64,000 nucleotides of DNA. Source: Myxococcota bacterium. Its GTDB lineage: Bacteria; Myxococcota_A; UBA796; CAJQPC01. The notes below the pieces were generated by a model, which had not been told where the DNA came from, ran no database searches, and saw only the letters and a list, made by a program, of their open reading frames with translations. Below, piece after piece: positions 61,977 to 64,000 of this stretch (position 1 is the stretch's first letter; the number at the start of each line of letters is the position of its first letter). The translations under genes and the position numbers were made by a program. The stretch covers positions 272,837-336,836 of the forward strand of contig DASCPX010000070.1 in NCBI GenBank assembly GCA_036012755.1. The letters run 5' to 3'.

Positions 61977-63304
61977 GACGGTGGCTCGTCCTGGTCCCCC
62001 TGGCCCTGCTGGCCGCTCCCCTGACGGCGGAGGAGCCCGCGCGCAAGAACGTGCTGCTCATCACGGCGGACACCCTGCGCGCCCAGGCGGTCGAGGACAC
62101 CTACACGCCTCATCTCGACCACCTCGCGGCGGAAGGGGTGCGCTTCGACCGGGCCTACACGCCGATCACCACCACGCTCCCGGCTCACGCCTCGATCTTC
62201 ACTTCGCTGTATCCCCGGGACCACCGGGCCTACTCGAACGTCTCGAGGCTGAGCTCGAAGGTGACGACCCTGGCCGAGGTCCTCGACGGTCTGGGCTGGG
62301 AGACCGCCTGCCACATCAACATGCCCTGGCTGAACCCGGACGCCAGCAACGTGCCCCAGGGATTCCGCACGATCCGCCGTGGTGATCGCATCCGCAAGGC
62401 CGACAAGACCAATCCGTGGGTGATCGACTTCCTGGCGAAGGAGCACGAGGACCCCTGGTTGTTGTGGGTTCACTACGTCGACAACCACACCCCGTACCAC
62501 GCACCCGGCAGCTACGACGACATGTACACCTCCGAGCAGAAGAACGAGCTCGCTGACGTGTGGCGGTACTTCCCCCCGGATCACCAGGAGAGCGAGCACA
62601 TGATCTCTTGGCTCGACGGGGTCGAGTACGCCGAAGAGGTCGTCGACGACTACCACGGAAGCGCCACCTGGATTGACGCCCATGTCGGCCAGATCGTTTG
62701 GGAACTCAAGAGGACTGGCCAGTGGGACGACACCCTGGTCGTCTTCACCTCCGACCACGGCGAGAGCATGGGCGAGCACGACCTCTGGTTCGTGCACGCC
62801 GGCTTGTTCGAGCAGACCACGCGCGTGCCCTTGATCGTGCGGGATCCAGGCGGCCCCGCGGGGGTCGAGGTCGACACGGTCGTCTCGACGATCGATGTCA
62901 TGCCAACTGTATTGAATCGGCTGAGCGCGCCCACGCCCGACGGAGTGAGGGGCGCAGATCTGTGGCAGGTGCTGGACGCGGACGGCGGTGGGGTCGCCTA
63001 CCTCGAACACACTGGGAGGCAGCTCACCGGTGTCGTCACAGAGCGCTGGAAGTACATCCGACACGACAAGACCAACCGGATCTACTCGGGCTACCCGATG
63101 AACGCGGGCACGCTGGAGCTCTACGACCTGTCAGCTGACCCGGACGAACTCGTCAACCTCGCCGCGGAGATGCCCGACCGTGTGGCCGAGTTGGAGGCGC
63201 TGATGACCCGCCTGGAGGCTGGCGAGCGCGGCTTCGAGGAGCTCACCTACGAGGTCGATGAGGACATGCGCGAGGCGCTTCGCGCGATGGGGTACGTGGA
63301 GTAG
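61973..63304 (+). CDS. Sulfatase/alkaline phosphatase superfamily protein
   Basis: NVLLITADTLR, TLPAHASIFT, HTPY, SDHGE, ELYDL..DP.E, AMGYVE. Confidence 0.92.
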   Translation: MRRWLVLVPLALLAAPLTAEEPARKNVLLITADTLRAQAVEDTYTPHLDHLAAEGVRFDRAYTPITTTLPAHASIFTSLYPRDHRAYSNVSRLSSKVTTLAEVLDGLGWETACHINMPWLNPDASNVPQGFRTIRRGDRIRKADKTNPWVIDFLAKEHEDPWLLWVHYVDNHTPYHAPGSYDDMYTSEQKNELADVWRYFPPDHQESEHMISWLDGVEYAEEVVDDYHGSATWIDAHVGQIVWELKRTGQWDDTLVVFTSDHGESMGEHDLWFVHAGLFEQTTRVPLIVRDPGGPAGVEVDTVVSTIDVMPTVLNRLSAPTPDGVRGADLWQVLDADGGGVAYLEHTGRQLTGVVTERWKYIRHDKTNRIYSGYPMNAGTLELYDLSADPDELVNLAAEMPDRVAELEALMTRLEAGERGFEELTYEVDEDMREALRAMGYVE

Positions 63305-63739
63305 GCGAGGACCACGGGATTTCAGCTACTTGGGGCTGAATCTCCCTGGTGTTCCCGGCCTAAACCCTCCCTTGCCGGGAACATGTTCCCGGCAAGGGAG
63401 GGTCATTCGCCCAGCACCCGCATCACGCCGGCCATCTGGCCGGTCTCGCCTGACGGCAGCGTGCCCGTGGCCAGCCGCACGATGCCCCCCACGTACACCA
63501 CGCGGCCCGTAGGCCAACTGTCCCAGGTCGCTGACGGCACGGTGAAGTTGCGCCGCAAGACACGTCTTCAGGCGCTACCCTGCTTCACACAGACCAAATC
63601 CACGATCATGGGTCCCTATCTCCAAACTGGCTGAGTCTGGCGAGGCCCTATGGGTCACCGCCCAATCGCAGATGTTGTTGCTCGGACGGAGAGGCACGGG
63701 CTTGAAGAATCTTCCGACCAAGCCACGCACCCTCGACAC

Positions 63740-64000
63740 TGGAGTTGACCCGCTTTCGTGGACACGTGAGGAGTTGGATCCCAACTCCGTCAAGGAGAAG
63801 ACGTGTCCCGCAGACATCGACGACCCTACCGCGCTGAATTCAAGGAGCAGATGGTGGCGCTCGTACGCGCCGGCCGGACGCCCCAGGAGTTCTCTCGGGA
63901 GTTCGAGCCCTCCGGCGAGGCGATCCGAAACTGGGTGCGCCAGGCCGACCTGGACGAGGGCAGGCGCACGGACGGTCTGACGACCGCTGAGCGTGACGAG
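63740..64000 (+). mobile_element. IS3-family insertion sequence, left end (truncated by window)
   Basis: Probable IRL beginning TG (TGGAGTTGACCCGCTTTCGTGGACAC), AAGGAG RBS, orfA. Confidence 0.88.
63803..64000 (+). CDS. IS3-family transposase OrfA (partial)
   Basis: Manual translation VSRRHRRPYRAEFKEQMVALVRAGRTPQEFSREFEPSGEAIRNWVRQADLDEG. Confidence 0.9.
   Translation, partial: MSRRHRRPYRAEFKEQMVALVRAGRTPQEFSREFEPSGEAIRNWVRQADLDEGRRTDGLTTAERDE

Overview
High-GC bacterial chromosomal segment. MYXO-CTERM-like tails, MopE-type repeats and several sigma54 activators suggest a Myxococcota/deltaproteobacterial lineage (inference). 1-16.4 kb holds an M16 peptidase, metH behind an ArsR-methyltransferase (SahR-like) regulator, an S8 protease, an MFS transporter, a THUMP methyltransferase, three tandem paralogous lipoproteins, a Tes/MJ0619-family radical SAM enzyme and nrdJ. 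About 16.5-38.2 kb is an apparent anaerobiosis/N-oxide island. It carries an alginate-export porin, a selenocysteine-encoding selD, two Cys-rich PAS-LuxR regulators, c-type cytochromes with an EB_dh-like domain, hemY, a CrtU-like flavoprotein, and a NorC/NorB-like heme-copper oxidoreductase with a rebuilt active site. It also carries a B12 radical SAM gene coupled to had-oah-dch, two NtrC-type regulators, a Crp/Fnr regulator, a CBS protein, hemN and three sigma54 promoters. 38-64 kb holds degraded fragments, envelope genes, rlmD, helD, a lytic transglycosylase, a PHP hydrolase, a sulfatase-fold protein and the left end of an IS3 element. Most striking are the non-canonical NorB-like enzyme and the window-wide use of ultrashort signal peptides lacking a basic n-region. 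Many frameshifts and internal deletions suggest assembly error or decay, so fusions must be checked against reads. No rRNA, tRNA or CRISPR array was seen. All family calls come from motif recognition by eye, not database searches.
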